In this document: one piece after another, positions 50,791 through 64,000 of the stretch
How positions within the stretch are numbered: the first letter of the stretch is position 1
Layout of the letters: each line of letters starts with the position of its first letter
Notes under the pieces: generated by a model
What the model was told of the DNA's origin: nothing
The model's input: only the letters and a program-made list of their open reading frames with translations
The model's database searches: none
DNA from: Podarcis tiliguerta
Taxonomy: Eukaryota
Direction: 5' to 3' (one strand)
DNA length: 64,000 bases
Assembly: GCA_965153285.1 (NCBI GenBank)
Contig: OZ229129.1
Made by a program: the position numbers and the translations under genes

Positions 50791-52566
50791 TGTACTCAGT
50801 CCTACCAAAGGTGTTCAGTTACAAACATCAGCAAAAACTGCTTGCTTTTTGATATTTAAAATTAAAATGCACAAAATGTTTCCAATAAATAATTATTTTT
50901 TTAAAAATCATTTTCTTAGAAAACAGAAAAGCTCTCAATATAATTGCATGTATATTGCCTTCCCTTCTGGTTCCTTCCTTCCTTTAAAAAATGTTAAACA
51001 ACATAGGTTTGTACTGAAATTATTCATTTAAGGAATGTATTTACTTTGCTTGCTGAAATATTGAGCAACACTTGATTTCACTGTAACACCAGCTGTAAAT
51101 ATTGCCACTGTAGACTGAAGAAAATTGTGCAATGGCAGATCTGCATGACTAGGGTATTTGCCTTTATGATTGATAGGAATCACATATATTGCCACAAGGG
51201 GTTACTTGAGATGACAAAGACTGGACAGCTGCTAAACCTCAGTATGAACGAATCTGTCCAAAGGGAAGAGAACAGTCATCTTAAACTGCCTGTACAAAGG
51301 GCCCATCTATACCAGAGGTTGATTCCCAACTTCTTAAAACTGCCAGATGCCACTCACCCAATTAAGTGTGGTGCCAAAACTTTGTTGACTCAGCAGCATA
51401 AACTACACAAAGCTCTACTCTCTCATTAGCAACTAGCTGCAAAAAGACCTAAGTTTTCTTTTTAAATTCTGCATTAACATTAGCCTCATATGAAGGCTGA
51501 CCACCACTGTTTCCTGACTACCACTGTTTCCAACAGACCAGCAACACAATAAAAATGACAAGAGAGCGCCTCTCCAAAAATCAGGAAAGTTCATGTTGGA
51601 GCTGCCATTTCTGCTTCTCTGCACTATTCTGTGTGTGCTCTAGTTGTACAGCTACCCAGCACTGCTAAAGGAAAGTATGGGGAAATCTGAATCATGGACT
51701 CCCACACTGCCCCCAATGTCTACAAATTGCCATTTTTATTTCATTTTTCATTTTATAATTTATACCTTTTTTTGAGAAAATCCCTCAATGAAGCATCTTA
51801 CAAGCACTAATATGTGCAAACTGCTACTGAATTAGTTTCAAGGAAAGCTTTCCCTGCTTACTTTATATTCTTTTTTGAAAATAATTCTCAGAACCGTAAA
51901 ACTTAATGCCATAATATCAATGTGTTGACTGCTATGAACTGAAACCTTCCTCTAGTATGTATCTAGTATATTTTTTCCTGTTCTGAGAAAATACTTAGAG
52001 ACATAAAATGTGTATAAAACATTAGTGAAATCAGAATTGCTCCCAATTCTCTCTTAACACACCTCTTTTCTGGCTAATAGTAAAGCGGAACAAGGATGTA
52101 TTTAGACTTTTTGTGAGTTTAAAGAACAGGAAGATCCACTCATCCCTTGGTCAGTTAAATATTGTGAAACTATAATTAAAGAAAGGTTTGTAAAGCACCA
52201 TATGCTTTTCTTAATATCAAACTACTGCACTGAACCACAAACTCTGAATGAATGTGCCTACCTGCAACACTGAGATACCTACAATAAGGATGTAAAGTAA
52301 AAATTTATAAATTGGTCTATTGCAACAGTTAACACTCCATTCTACACCCTTACAGGATTTGCTCATGTCATGCAGCTGCTCTAGTTATTTCAGTGTTCAG
52401 TGTACAAATGGAAGTGGCCACATATATAAAATGCTCTTGTGCACAGAAGCTCCATCAAGAAAAGTCTCCAGGTTGGGCTGCATCCCTTAAAAAAGTGATA
52501 ATTTACATGTAACATTCTTTTCCCTTTCTAAGCTCTCACATCTCTTTCTGACAGAGCAAGCCAGTA

Positions 52567-52797
52567 CAATGGTACCTTGGTTTAAGAACAGCCCTGCTTA
52601 CGAACTATTCGGCTTACGAATTCTGCAAAACCGGAAGTAGTGTGAACTTTACCTAGGTCTAAGAACAGAAGCCGAACAGTGGAAGGGCACCAGCGGTGGG
52701 AGGCCTTATTAGGGAAAGTGTGCCTTGGTTTAAAAACGGTTTCGGTTTAAGGACGGACTTCTGGAATGGATTAAGTTCATAAACCGAGGTACCATTG
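52567..52797. mobile_element. Tc1/mariner-type MITE
   Basis: ta|caatggtaccttggttta...taaaccgaggtaccattg|ta. Confidence 0.9.
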
Positions 52798-54895
52798 TAT
52801 GCCGAACTGCCTAAAGCTTATCACATGATTAGAGGATATTTGCACATGACCAGTGCCCACAAGAGAGTCCTCTAGGACCAGCAGAATAGAGACTTATTAT
52901 AACATAATTTTGGAGCAGAGCAGCGTACACCTACCCAATACAAGCATTTATTGATTCTCTGAAATGATGCCTTCAATTCTTCTACAAATAGAGCGAGCTT
53001 ATCAATCAAGAGTATGACCATACTAGAGTGAGTAATGCATTTATTTAAACAGCATTTCTTGGGGTAAGAAGAAAATTTACATTTCCCAAATTACTCTCAA
53101 ATTATGGATGCGACTAAACTGGAGGAATAGAAAAAATTGTAAACAATTCATCAACAATAACTTTAACCTCAATTCCTGTACACATTTGCCGGCAAGTAAA
53201 TTCAACTGGTCTTAAATTGCTGTTGATTTAAAACAGCATTGTACAGTAAATATTTTTAAGTGATCCTTAAAAGCTGGTTTTAAAAAGCAAAAATGTGAAA
53301 CAACTCTTTTCCAAGGGTCCCATTGGTGCTATATTTTGTTTCAGATCTAGAATGATTCAGGTTGTAATATATTATTCATCACATACATACAAAGCAGAGG
53401 GCATCAGTTCATAACTTTGTCACACAATGACAATCCTTTTAGAAATAAGTTTGCTTTGTTTGAAAGTACAGTTGTTCTTTTCAGGCTACACGTTTTAAAA
53501 CACTCATTCAAGGAGATTCTCCCCAGCACCACCACAGGCTTCTGAATCTTGCACTTCAGTCCAAAACTAACAGTGTTTTCATCCAAAAGGTCATTGGCTC
53601 TATTCATTTTGGTAATCACTTGGAACTGTTACAGCCACCTCCAACTCTGCCTTTAATACAGAGAAGAAATGTATCCAAATATATTTGACAGAAGACTGAC
53701 TACTATATAAACAGGAAAATTGTTAGTAGGATATCCAGTGCAAATAGCTTAGAATCCAAAAAAAACTACAGATACATACATAGCAACCCAAGTGCCATTT
53801 CCTGCTTTGTGGATATAGATCCATACGCACATACAGAATCCACAAAACAACACTGATCATTAAACTGTGAAATTGGGCTAAATCAAACATTAGACATATA
53901 AAGGCAAATATTATTTTTGTGGTGGATAATAAAAACATGAGTTTTCCAATGGAAATAGACTCATTTCCTAAAACATAAGTGGGGGGGAGAGGCATCTCTA
54001 TGTGCACAAAAGTTGGATTTCTAGATTCTAAGGGGACTATTGTTCCTAGTTTTATTTTAGACAATCGGTACAAAATGTAAACAATCATAAGGAAGATAAT
54101 ATGTAAAAGCTACTAGATATCTTCCAATACTGGGAGGTCTGTTCAGAACCCAAAAGCCACACTGGCAACATATCATCAAGTAATAGGTTGCGGCTGATTT
54201 GTTCACTGGTCCAGGGACCTATCTTCTTTACTACCTCTTTGTAGCCTTTTGCTTATAATTAAAGTTGCTTATAAAGTTTCAACATCTTGGGACTGACAAA
54301 CAGGCATGACTGGATCCTCCCTTATGTCTCATCATTATCTTGACAATAACCAGTGTAAAAATTTACTAAATCAAGTTTCAAAAAAGAAAAAAGAAAAGAA
54401 AAAACCCAAAGGCTGAATGTACATTTTAAAAAAGGAGATAGAGGAAGATATCAGTCAGGATCCAAGGCACTATGAGATTAATATTGTATGTTCAATGGAT
54501 TCTTTAACTTGTCCCCCCCCCCATATTTTTGAAGTGGTGGGTCTGCTGTTTTTGGAGCCCAGCCATTACATATAAAAGTCTCTCTCCCACCTATTCGCAC
54601 TCCCACGACATCACATCACTTCAACTCATAAAGGATTTTCTGCTGAGAAAACGTACCTAAATTGTAACCAGTAAAATGTTAAACAATTGCAAGAAATGGG
54701 AATGGTGTTTGCTATTTCATGCTTCTCACTGTTTGAACCATTTTTGAACTGTTTTAGTTACTTTGAATTTTTGCCAAAGCAACTTTTGTTTCTGAATCTT
54801 AATATCAGGAAGAAGGTTAGTGGGCCTTTTACAGACCAAGTGCCGGTACTTGCAAAAGCATTTCCCATCAACTCATCCATTCTGACACTGTAGAT

Positions 54896-55019
54896 AAAGT
54901 GATGGCCAAACTCGGTCCTCCAGCTGTTTTCGGACTACAATTCCCATCATCGCTGACCACTGGTCCTGTTAGCTATGGATGATGGGAGTTGTAGTCCCAA
55001 AACAGTTTGGACATCACTA
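54896..55019. mobile_element. Palindromic hAT MITE
   Basis: Ends agtgatggccaaact and agtttggacatcact; ctgtagat duplicated on both flanks. Confidence 0.85.
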
Positions 55020-55859
55020 CTGTAGATAAAAATGATGATGAATAGCTCACAATACTTAAAAAATATACATAACAGACATATTTTACCCCTTTAAATTAGC
55101 CGAGTATAGGAAAGATGTAGAAAGATTTTGTAACTACATACAATCCTACCTAATTTTCCTCCCTGCAAGGCTAAGAGCCCACGAATAATGTTTAGTGGAA
55201 AATATGGGTGAAATTGAACAGACATTCATTCAAACAATGCAAAACCTACAGGAAGAAGATCAATGAAAAAGAGAATAGCACTGAATTGGTCTCTCATTGT
55301 TGTACTCTCATTAAATGGCATACAGTAATTGCCTTAAATAGACAAAATACAATCTATCTTATTACTATAGCACAAATGATAACTACAGCATCTAAACCAC
55401 TTTAATAAACTCCTCTAATAAGTCTTGGAATAACCAAAATTGCTCCAGTTTTTGCTGAGGTTTGTAGCTGAACACCTCTGGCAGGACTGAGTACAATGCA
55501 AAAGTGAGATCTTGAAGAGGAAGAAAGTCACATGGTCTCATTCCAATATACATTTAGAACAACTACTGTACTGGCTTCTCTTATTTACTTATTACAGGCA
55601 ATGACCAATTAATGCGCATCTGAACAATGCACAATTGTGCATGCATGCAAGGTGCCAAACCTGGAAGTGACCTGAAAATGTTACTAAACAGGTCACTAAA
55701 TGGGTGGAACGGGGGAAAAGCAGAACGGGGGGTGCTTATACATGCTCCGCTGATGTGCACAGTGGCCAGGAATGAAACCCTCATGCAAAATGGTCACCAA
55801 CTGGATGTATTTATTCTGGCCTTCCTCCCAAAGCTGCCTGGGACGGTAAACAACAAACA

Positions 55860-57260
55860 CAATACAATTTATTTTATTTTGTTTTTAAAAAACCAATCTA
55901 TATTCTCAAAGATAAACAATCTCAAGGTTGGCAGGAACAATCCAGTTCAGCCAACAAATGCCTGGGTGAAAAGGAAGATTTAAAACAACATCTAAATGTT
56001 AATAATGAGGGAAGGAAACACAACTAATCAGAGATGGCATTCCATAAGTGAGGAATCACTATTGAAGAGGCTCTGTTTCAGGCCAGCTCCAGCTGGGCAA
56101 CGTCCTACCAGTGGCACCACCATCATAGCGTCTCCTGACAACTGTAAGATCTGGGATAGCTGATATTTGAGAGGTAAACTTTTAAGTACTGTTTAGGGAT
56201 AATAAGCTAGTTTAGGGCATACTAGTACAAACACTCTTAATTGGGCCCAGAATCTTACACTGGCAGCATGCTGCACTTTCAAAATTGGTGACACCTAGTC
56301 TCATTAGGCTTATCATCCCGGCAGTCACATTCTGCATTTCCAGACCATCTTCAAGGCAGTCCATCACAGAATATGTTGCAGTAGTTCTGACAAACAAGTC
56401 ACTATAGCATAGACTATTGGTGACAGTCTATCCCAGTCCAGCAACAGCTGTAGCTGGTGAAACAGCATAAGCAGGGCATACACAAACCTGATTACAGAGG
56501 CCACCTCAGATTCTGGTGACAGAAATCCAGGAACATCCCCAGACTATTAAAATCCAAGAACATCCCCCAGTGGGAATGAAAATGCTCCCAGAGCAGGAAA
56601 CCCACCTAAATCCTGCACATGAAAACCACTCACCCACAGCACTTTCATCTCATTAGGATTCATCTCAGTTTATTGACCCCACTCAGGCCATCACTGTTTC
56701 TAGCCTCTCATTCAGAAGGAAAGGGAAAACAGAGCAGCAGCATGCTCCAAATCCCCAAATGGTAATTCCCAAATGTTTCACATAGATGTTGAATAGCACA
56801 GGAGACAGAATAGGCTCCTGTCATAGGAGCCTATGTATGTCAATAGTCCCCTAGTATTACTTTCTGGTAGGACCCTGTAGGTAGCAGAACCTCTCTAATA
56901 CAGTGCCCCCAACTCCCAATCCTGTTGTTCCAGAAGGATACTATAGTGAATCTGTCAAAAGCTGCCAAGAAATCAAGGAGAAGCGACAGGGTGTTTCCAG
57001 CCCATCAATTGGGGTGACCAAGGCTGTTCTGGTGCTAAACCTGGGTGTTAAACTAGACTGAAATGGGTCAAGGCCCACCTACTGGTATCTTGATAACCTG
57101 TAATTTGCTTCTCCCAAACATAGCTGCAGCTGACTAGCAAATTGGCAACTGCTTTCTTGAACACCCTGGAGACTGGGTAATAGTTTTCTAAAATCTCAGG
57201 GTCCATGGAGGGCCTAATCTGGAGGGAGAGCAGCACCAACTCCCTCACACAGTGTTATCA
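55860..57260 (-). mobile_element. Degraded L2 LINE (RT to 3' end)
   Basis: - strand remnants PSMDPEILENYYPVS, DPFQS, RTALV and LLLDFLAAFD. Confidence 0.7.
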
Positions 57261-57930
57261 ACCATAATGAGCAGGGATCGAGAGCGTGTGTAGTTGTCAT
57301 CACCAGTGCAAAGGTCCTGCCCAAATCCTGAGGCTACAACAATTCGAAACAGCTCTGCTGGGTGGTTTACTGAATACACAGTGGAAGCTAAGAAGCTGCC
57401 TCTACTGCCTATATTGAGACAAATCCACATCAATACTTAAGCCACATCTGCTCTAGCTGTTGGGATGGCCCACTTTGTTGACTGGAGCTTCTGAGAAAAT
57501 CAAGGAGCCACCTGGCTGCCACATGGAAGTCCAGGGTATTTATAAGTGATTGTGTTGATGGCCCTGTCCATCTTGTAAGGCTAGGGTCTTGAAAAGAGCA
57601 CCAGACATGCTTTCTGGAAAATTTCCCGAATCTTTTGATAATCCATCAGCTTCTATCACTCTCTGGGGGCTGACCAACTTCCAGTCATGGTTATCAAAAC
57701 TTCACTTCCTCTCCCTTCCAAGCTCCATGAAATAATGCATTGCAAGCATACTAGTACAGAATAAAGCAGGAAGCTAAGCTTTAATGAATTGTTTTTTAGG
57801 CCATTCAAATGGTCTGCATTACAGAACAGTACCATATTTTTTTGAATTTAACATGTAGTCAATTTTATGCATACAGTACCTCAGAGATTGAGAGAGGGGA
57901 GTATACAAAATAAAGTCCACAACAACTTAC

Positions 57931-58023
57931 TGCCCAGGTTTTCGTCAGTCTGAAAATAGGTGCGCTTTGCAGAGCTGATACCACAGACATGAGGGAATGA
58001 AGGTTGTTCAGTTCTAGAAGTTT
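57931..58023 (-). CDS. RALGPS1: RalGPS1 internal exon, CDC25 domain
   Basis: cctcag|AAA...GCA|gtaagt encodes [31 protein letters not shown]; 93 nt. Confidence 0.97.
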
Positions 58024-60606
58024 CTGAGGAGGGAGGAAAAACAGGCCAAAAACCCATCAGTTTTCCATATGGGGTTGGAATGTCCTAGCTCATTCAACAA
58101 AATAAAATATGTTCCAAGACCTCACTCTTAATATTGTAAAATATAGAACATACAAAAGAATTGAATGCATTGTGACATGAAACTACAAAATGTAAAGACC
58201 AGATGCAAAGGAAACAGATTGAGCTATTACTTAGTGTTCATTTTTAATGCTTATAATGCAAGTAAGTAATAAGCAAATTACAAAATTCAGCACGCACAAC
58301 ACTCATTAGGAACTTTTTTGCTATATAGAGAATAATAACTTACTGTGCAATTCAGAAATATAAACCTGAAGCCAATAGGTTCGCCTCCTCCCTTCAAAGT
58401 GGGCAATGTGTTAGATAAACAAAACTGAGTAATAAGCGATATTCACTATATATGGAATGGCTCTTGCATTTGTTTGTTGCTTTACAAAATGTCTGGTCTC
58501 CTTCGTGAAAGTCTTTGCCCTTTTGATTTGGGGGTGTGAAAACAGATGAGCAAATACTCTGATTTAGCTGGTGAGGCATGGATGGGGGGTCTTAATTCAA
58601 TAGATAGAAGTTACTTCTGGACTGGCTTACGACAAACTTATTCTCTAACACAGAAGGGCCTTCCCCTCCACTGCTACTAAAGTTTATCATATTCCCATAG
58701 ATCTGAGAGCTTCCTTACATGGTTGGGCTGTGGTGGGGAATCTTACTTCATAAATATAAGGAGTCTGGGGATGAAGCAGACACGTTTTACCAACTTCTTA
58801 GTTTTGCATTCTTAGGGTTATCACTCATTAAAAAATGTTTTTAAAAACAAAAAGAGAAGTCGTACAAATGATAATAATTTCTTGCCATCACTCCAAATGG
58901 GTATTCAGAGTTTACTTTTAGCTTGCTAGCATTTGGATCTGATCAATTTCTCTTCAGAGATTTAGCACACCCCTAACAAATTAAAATATCACTATCCAAG
59001 TAGCATATACAACAGTATTTAAGCATATTGGTAGGCATATTAGCACAATTGATAAACACCAGAGGGATATTAGTGCAACTGATAATAAAATCAGAGCACC
59101 TGGAATTCAAAATAACACATTTCTAATTCTTTTTAAATGATATTAATTCAAATTTATATTTTCAGAGAATAAAATAAATGGGAACAAAAATTATCAATTA
59201 TCCTATAGCTGGCAAATCTCCCAGGTGATTTCAGTCTTCCCCAGCTTGGACCTGGGGAAAGGTGGGCATGCAAGGCATTAATCCTTGTGACACAGACCAA
59301 TCAATCTGTTACAAGTTCCAAGAGTGCAAGAAGGTCTTCAAAAAAGATGAAGTTGCCATTCCCCATGCTTATGTGGCTTAATTAAAACTAACATTAAATG
59401 TTAGTCTAGGAAGTAAGACAGAATTCTGATTTTACATCTCTCTCAGATTACTTTGGCTAGGAATTGGGGCATTCCTTAAAACATTTTAGGTCATTTACAA
59501 AAATATAAAAGGATAATCATTACTTGGGCAGGACGCGAAGGGGAAAGTGCTAGATTCTGTTGTCTAGGTAGCATGCATAAGCGCTAGGATTGACTGATTT
59601 GTTCGCTGTCTTCTCAAATGGATCTTGCCCTTTTAAAGTGGAAGAGTTGATGAATATCACTGGCTTAGCCAAATATTTCATTCAGTTTACCTCCTGCAGG
59701 GGAGTATGGGAAACTTCTACACTGTCTTTGCAATCCTCAGTTGTTCATCGTATAGGCAAAGAAAACTGCTCAAAAGGGACTGTTCCCTGTTCCAAAGCAT
59801 ATCTGGATTTGTTTTTATCTGGATCTTGATTCTGAGGCTGTTTCCTTATCTGGAAATGTTACTTGATACGTTACATACATTACTTGATTAACAGCCTCCA
59901 CAGGTGGGAGGAACATGTGATGAGTCTAAGTCTGAGCTAGAAGGCAGGTGCTGGTTTGTCTCCAAAGACAAGAGTGAAATTGAGATGAGATGATTAGAAT
60001 GATTACAAAGCCAATAATGAAACAGGAGGGGGAGAGGAGGTAAGTAAAATATGAGGAAACAGTCGGATTTGACATATGGCTACAAAGTGTTGGCTCAGCT
60101 TGCAGTGATATACTGCTTTTCATGGTGCTAGTTATGCAGCAGACTCTCATCCAAACTCTTGTTTACTTATATTAATTAGGTTTTTTTCCTTGCCACTTTC
60201 TTAAAGTGCCTCTTTAATTTAATAAAGTGTTCTACTGTAAACACAAATCACTCCTAAAAACTGAACAGCTAATGTGTGGGCAGAATCACATGAGTTTCTC
60301 AACTGCAATTTACTGGTCAAAAAGCTAGATTTTGAATTTTCTTTTACCTTGTATGTAATTCCAAGATACCTCAATACAAAATAAGTAGTTTACTCAATAT
60401 TTTCGAGAACTTGAAATGTTCATAAGCACTTCTATTAAGGTACTGAGTAAATTTACCCTGGGATTTTGTGTTTGGTAAAATGTCACTTAGCCTAAAGCTC
60501 TGTGGATGAGAACAATTAATTGACTGAATTCATATTAGAATTAGCCAACACAGTAGGTATTATCTGTTCATATATACGGATAGATGTAATATGGATAGAT
60601 GTAATA

Positions 60607-60843
60607 CAGAGGTACCTCGGATTACATACGCTTCAGGTTACATACGCTTCAGGTTACAGACTCTGCTAACCCAGAAATAGTACCTCGGGTTAAGAACTTT
60701 GCTTCAGGATGAGAAATTGTGTGGTGGTGGCGCAACAGCAGCAAGAGGCCCCATTAGCTAAAGTGGTGCTTCAGGTTAAGACCAGTTTCAGGTTAAGAAT
60801 GGACCTCCGGAACGAATTAAGTACGTAACCAGAGGTACCACTG
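60607..60843. mobile_element. Tc1/mariner-type MITE
   Basis: ta|cagaggtacctc...gaggtaccactg|ta; same family as the copy at 44493. Confidence 0.92.
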
Positions 60844-60986
60844 TAACAACAATTTTTCTGCTGGCTAAATTGCCCCTGGTTTCTACAGAACACATTTTCT
60901 TTTTCAACAGTACAAGAGAAACAGAAGATGGCTATGAAGTGGCAAAAATATTTAGAGAGACTTTTATTTAAAAGCAAAAAGCTTAC

Positions 60987-61076
60987 CTTTGCTATTTTCA
61001 CAAAATGGCTCAATATTTCTGCCCTTATTTTTAATGTCTGTGCTGTTAAAATTTCTCGTACGACCCAGAAACTGAC
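60987..61076 (-). CDS. RALGPS1: RalGPS1 internal exon, CDC25 domain
   Basis: atag|GTC...AAG|gtaagc encodes [30 protein letters not shown]; 90 nt. Confidence 0.97.
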
Positions 61077-61663
61077 CTATGAAAATAAAAATATTTATTT
61101 ATTCATTATTTATTCATTAATTTAATGAAAAAAGCAGGCTTCATTGAATTAAAACAAATTTGGTACCACTTAAGAATCTTAAACAACCGGCTCAGATGTG
61201 CAAAGCATGTAACAGTGCAAACCACTATGTCTACAAATAAGCATATTCCTATGTCAAAAGGACAGAGAGATAGACATTCTCTGTTTTAGATAAAGAATGT
61301 GTTGAAACATCCACAGGAGGCAGTTGCAGCTAACTAACCCCAGTGCAAGATATTTCATACAAGCTATGTAAGTACCAGAACCTTTGTTGATATGAAAAGG
61401 TATTGCTATTTAGAATAAGGCACTGTAATTCTCTATCATATACAACCCTGTGGAACCACTCTAAGAAGTCATGTCTATTGAGTTATTAATAACCACCTGA
61501 ATTCATCATAGTGATTGCACAGTAAGGTATGAACATTACTGCGACCCAAGCACAGTTGTCTGAATGTGCTTCTTTCCTGAACTGAGTTCAGTTTTGGATT
61601 ACAGAAGGATGATGTAAGTTTTCTTGGTATTCTATTGAGCCTAGTAACTTCATTGCTCTTTAC

Positions 61664-61799
61664 CAAGCATAGGCAAACTCCAGCCCGCCAAATGTTTGGG
61701 ACTACTATTCCCATCATCCCTAGCTAACAGGACCAGTGGTCAGGGATGATGGAAATTGTAGTCCCAAACATCTGGAGGGCTGGAGTTTGCCTATGCCTG
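61664..61799. mobile_element. Palindromic hAT MITE with perfect 8-bp TSD
   Basis: TIRs caagcataggcaaactccagccc and gggctggagtttgcctatgcctg; ctctttac at 61656-61663 and 61800-61807. Confidence 0.93.
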
Positions 61800-62144
61800 C
61801 TCTTTACTGATAAAATCATTTATTTTCTACTCCAGTTAACATCTATATATATATGATAGGGCTGTGGTATAAATCGCCATATCGTTGAATGCAAGTATTG
61901 AAATAACATCATGATATGTGTTTCAACAAGGCAATATACCAGTGAACAAAAGGTGGAGACTTAACAGCTTCCCAGGGGTAGCTTAGCTGAACCGATACTT
62001 TACAGGCACTTTGCAGGTAATTAGCAGGCAAGGTGTCTTCAGCTTTGTTTGCTCTCTCCCTCCTCCCTCCTAACCAATAGGAAATGACGATAAACCTTCA
62101 CACTAACCAGCAAACTCTTTCATCTTCACAGTATCTTTCCACTT

Positions 62145-62399
62145 AGGTAAAGGGACCCCTGACCAATAGGTCCATTCATGAACGACTCTGGGGCGGCACT
62201 CATCTCGCTTAATTGGCTGAGGGATCTGGCATACAGCTTCCAGGTCATATGGCCAGCATGACTAAGCTGCTTCTGGCGAACCAGAGCAGCGCAAAGAAAT
62301 GCTGTTTACCTTCCCGCCAGAGTGGTACCTATTTATCTACTTGCACTTTGACGTGCTTTCAAACTGCTAGGTTGGCAGGAGCAGGGACCGAGCAACGGG
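62145..62399 (-). mobile_element. Sauria SINE, 5'-truncated
   Basis: High similarity to 48011-48290; lacks the tRNA-like head. Confidence 0.92.
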
Positions 62400-62623
62400 T
62401 CCTTCAGGTAACTTCCTGAAATCCCAGGCAGCTATAAGTTTCTAACTATTAACAAGATAGGAAACAAGATGAAGGCTTGATTACTTCACAATTAGCTAAT
62501 CCATCAAACACAGTTGTTAAAAATCCAGATATAGCAAGTATCTAATTGTACAGTACAGTTACAAATCCAACCTGCATTAAGCTGAAAGACAATGATTATG
62601 TATTAACTAATTAGAATCTTTAC

Positions 62624-62707
62624 CTGATTAAACCTCCTTGTAAAGGCAACAACATTGGGGGCAAGGATGTGTTTTTCTTTCTTATTCCATCCACAACTTG
62701 CTAGTTC
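62624..62707 (-). CDS. RALGPS1: RalGPS1 (Ral GEF) internal exon, CDC25 domain
   Basis: ttctag|GAA...CAG|gtaaag encodes [28 protein letters not shown]; 84 nt, phase 0/0. Confidence 0.96.
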
Positions 62708-63129
62708 CTAGAAAATATAACATAATACCATCTTTAAAAAACCTTTCACAGCATTAAATAAAACTTTCCATAAAGAAAACACACCAGCGAAGAAACAGGA
62801 TTTTAAAATTCCAAACGGACAGAATTGGAAATTGGAAAACTATTATAGCTTCTACTAAAATCTAGTCACTGGATCCTTTGATTTTCCTTGTACTCAAAAC
62901 AGGTATGTCCCCTATAATTCATTATCTTATTTTTAAATCCTGCCTTTCTTCTGCCTTGGAAACTAAGGCAGCATACCGGCACCCATCCAGGCACTAGCAG
63001 GATTCAGACCTGCTTATAGCTTCAGCAGTGTGAGTCTTTAGCAAAGATAGAAACCGTTATCTCATTGACATCCAATGAAGCCAAATGTTGGAAGATTTAG
63101 GACAGATAGAAGTAAGTACTTCTTTCTGT

Positions 63130-63424
63130 AGCACATAGTCAATGGAACGCACTCCCCTAGGAGGCAACGATGGCCACCAGCTTGGATGACATTAAAAGAG
63201 AATTAGACAAATTCAGGAAGGAAAAGGCTATCAATGAATATGCTCTACCTCCAGTTGGGGGTAGCAATGCTTCTGAATAATAGTTGCTGAGAACCACGGA
63301 AGGGGAGAGTGCTCTTGTGCTAATGTTTTGTTGCTGGTTTTCCACAGTAACTGTGGGTCACTGTGAGAACAGGATGCTGAACTAGATGGGCCACTGGTCT
63401 GCACCAGCAGTCTATTCTTATGTT
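63130..63424 (+). mobile_element. CR1 LINE 3' end
   Basis: tggccaccagcttggatg...ttagacaaattc...gagaacaggatgctgaactagatgggccact...ttcttatgtt. Confidence 0.8.
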
Positions 63425-64000
63425 ATTGCATATTTCAAGGTGGGCAGGCACATAGGCACACCTTGATCTCTTCTTTGCTGCAATTTAGGATGGAAATGAA
63501 CAGAGAAGAAAAGTCTCAAGCATGTCGATAGATGCCATCTGGGGGAGAGGTGTAGGTGCCTTGGCACTCACAAATTTCCATTCTGGGTGCCCTACCAAGG
63601 CCTGTCATGGACACAGACTCAGCCTGGAAGTGGGGCCACACTTCCAGAAGCACATACGCAGCCACAGTGGCCCCCAACAGAAGCCCCGCAGCAGAGATGG
63701 AGGCCCTGACCAAGTCACCGCCATGACTCCAGAGAGCCAGCACAGGTTGAGCAGTGTGCACCAGTGGGATGTGACGGCATGGTGTCACGTTGCATGCATG
63801 CCACTGGGCACCCACAATCTGGGGCCCAAGTTGGTGCCTCTGACTCTCCAATCTGGGGCCCAAGTTGGTGCATCCCGCTCTCCAAGCCAAGGGACAGGGT
63901 ACCATGAGCTCCCACAACCTATGGGACAGAACACAACAGTGGTACCCTCTTTAGGATGACAGCTAATCTTCTGTGAGAAATGTGTTGGTTTTTCTAAGCA

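Noticed and set aside
53404-53619. 71-aa - strand ORF (MITKMNRAND...)
   Set aside because: It starts at GTG, is out of frame with the phase-0 splice from RALGPS1, and I recognise no homologue.
63516-63959. Overlapping 133-145 aa ORFs in a GC-rich block with a tandem caatctggggcccaagttggtgc duplication
   Set aside because: No recognisable protein. Stop-poor GC-rich sequence, probably repeat-derived, and I could not define boundaries.

Overview
This is vertebrate genomic DNA, almost certainly from a lacertid lizard, judged by Sauria SINEs, Bov-B and lizard-type Tc1/mariner and hAT MITEs. The window holds the complete ANGPTL2 gene on the + strand: a non-coding exon 1 (about 1680-2231), four coding exons spanning 13256-29473 (487 aa), and a 3' UTR with AATAAA at 30927. 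ANGPTL2 is nested antisense in a large intron of RALGPS1 (- strand). Four consecutive RALGPS1 CDC25/RasGEF-domain exons lie at 62707-62624, 61076-60987, 58023-57931 and 39835-39709, and the intron that follows runs off the left edge. The rest is intron with many transposon remnants, including a 3'-truncated Mag-like Gypsy provirus. I found no clearly new multi-gene system. The best leads are an AUG-UAA start-stop element with dense uORFs in the ANGPTL2 leader, an RFX/CCAAT motif cluster followed by a splice donor in ANGPTL2 intron 1, a candidate truncating exon of RALGPS1, a MITE hairpin carrying a miR-124 seed site in the ANGPTL2 3' UTR, and an invertebrate-like RTE fragment. Homology and repeat-family calls come from recalled sequences, not from database searches.
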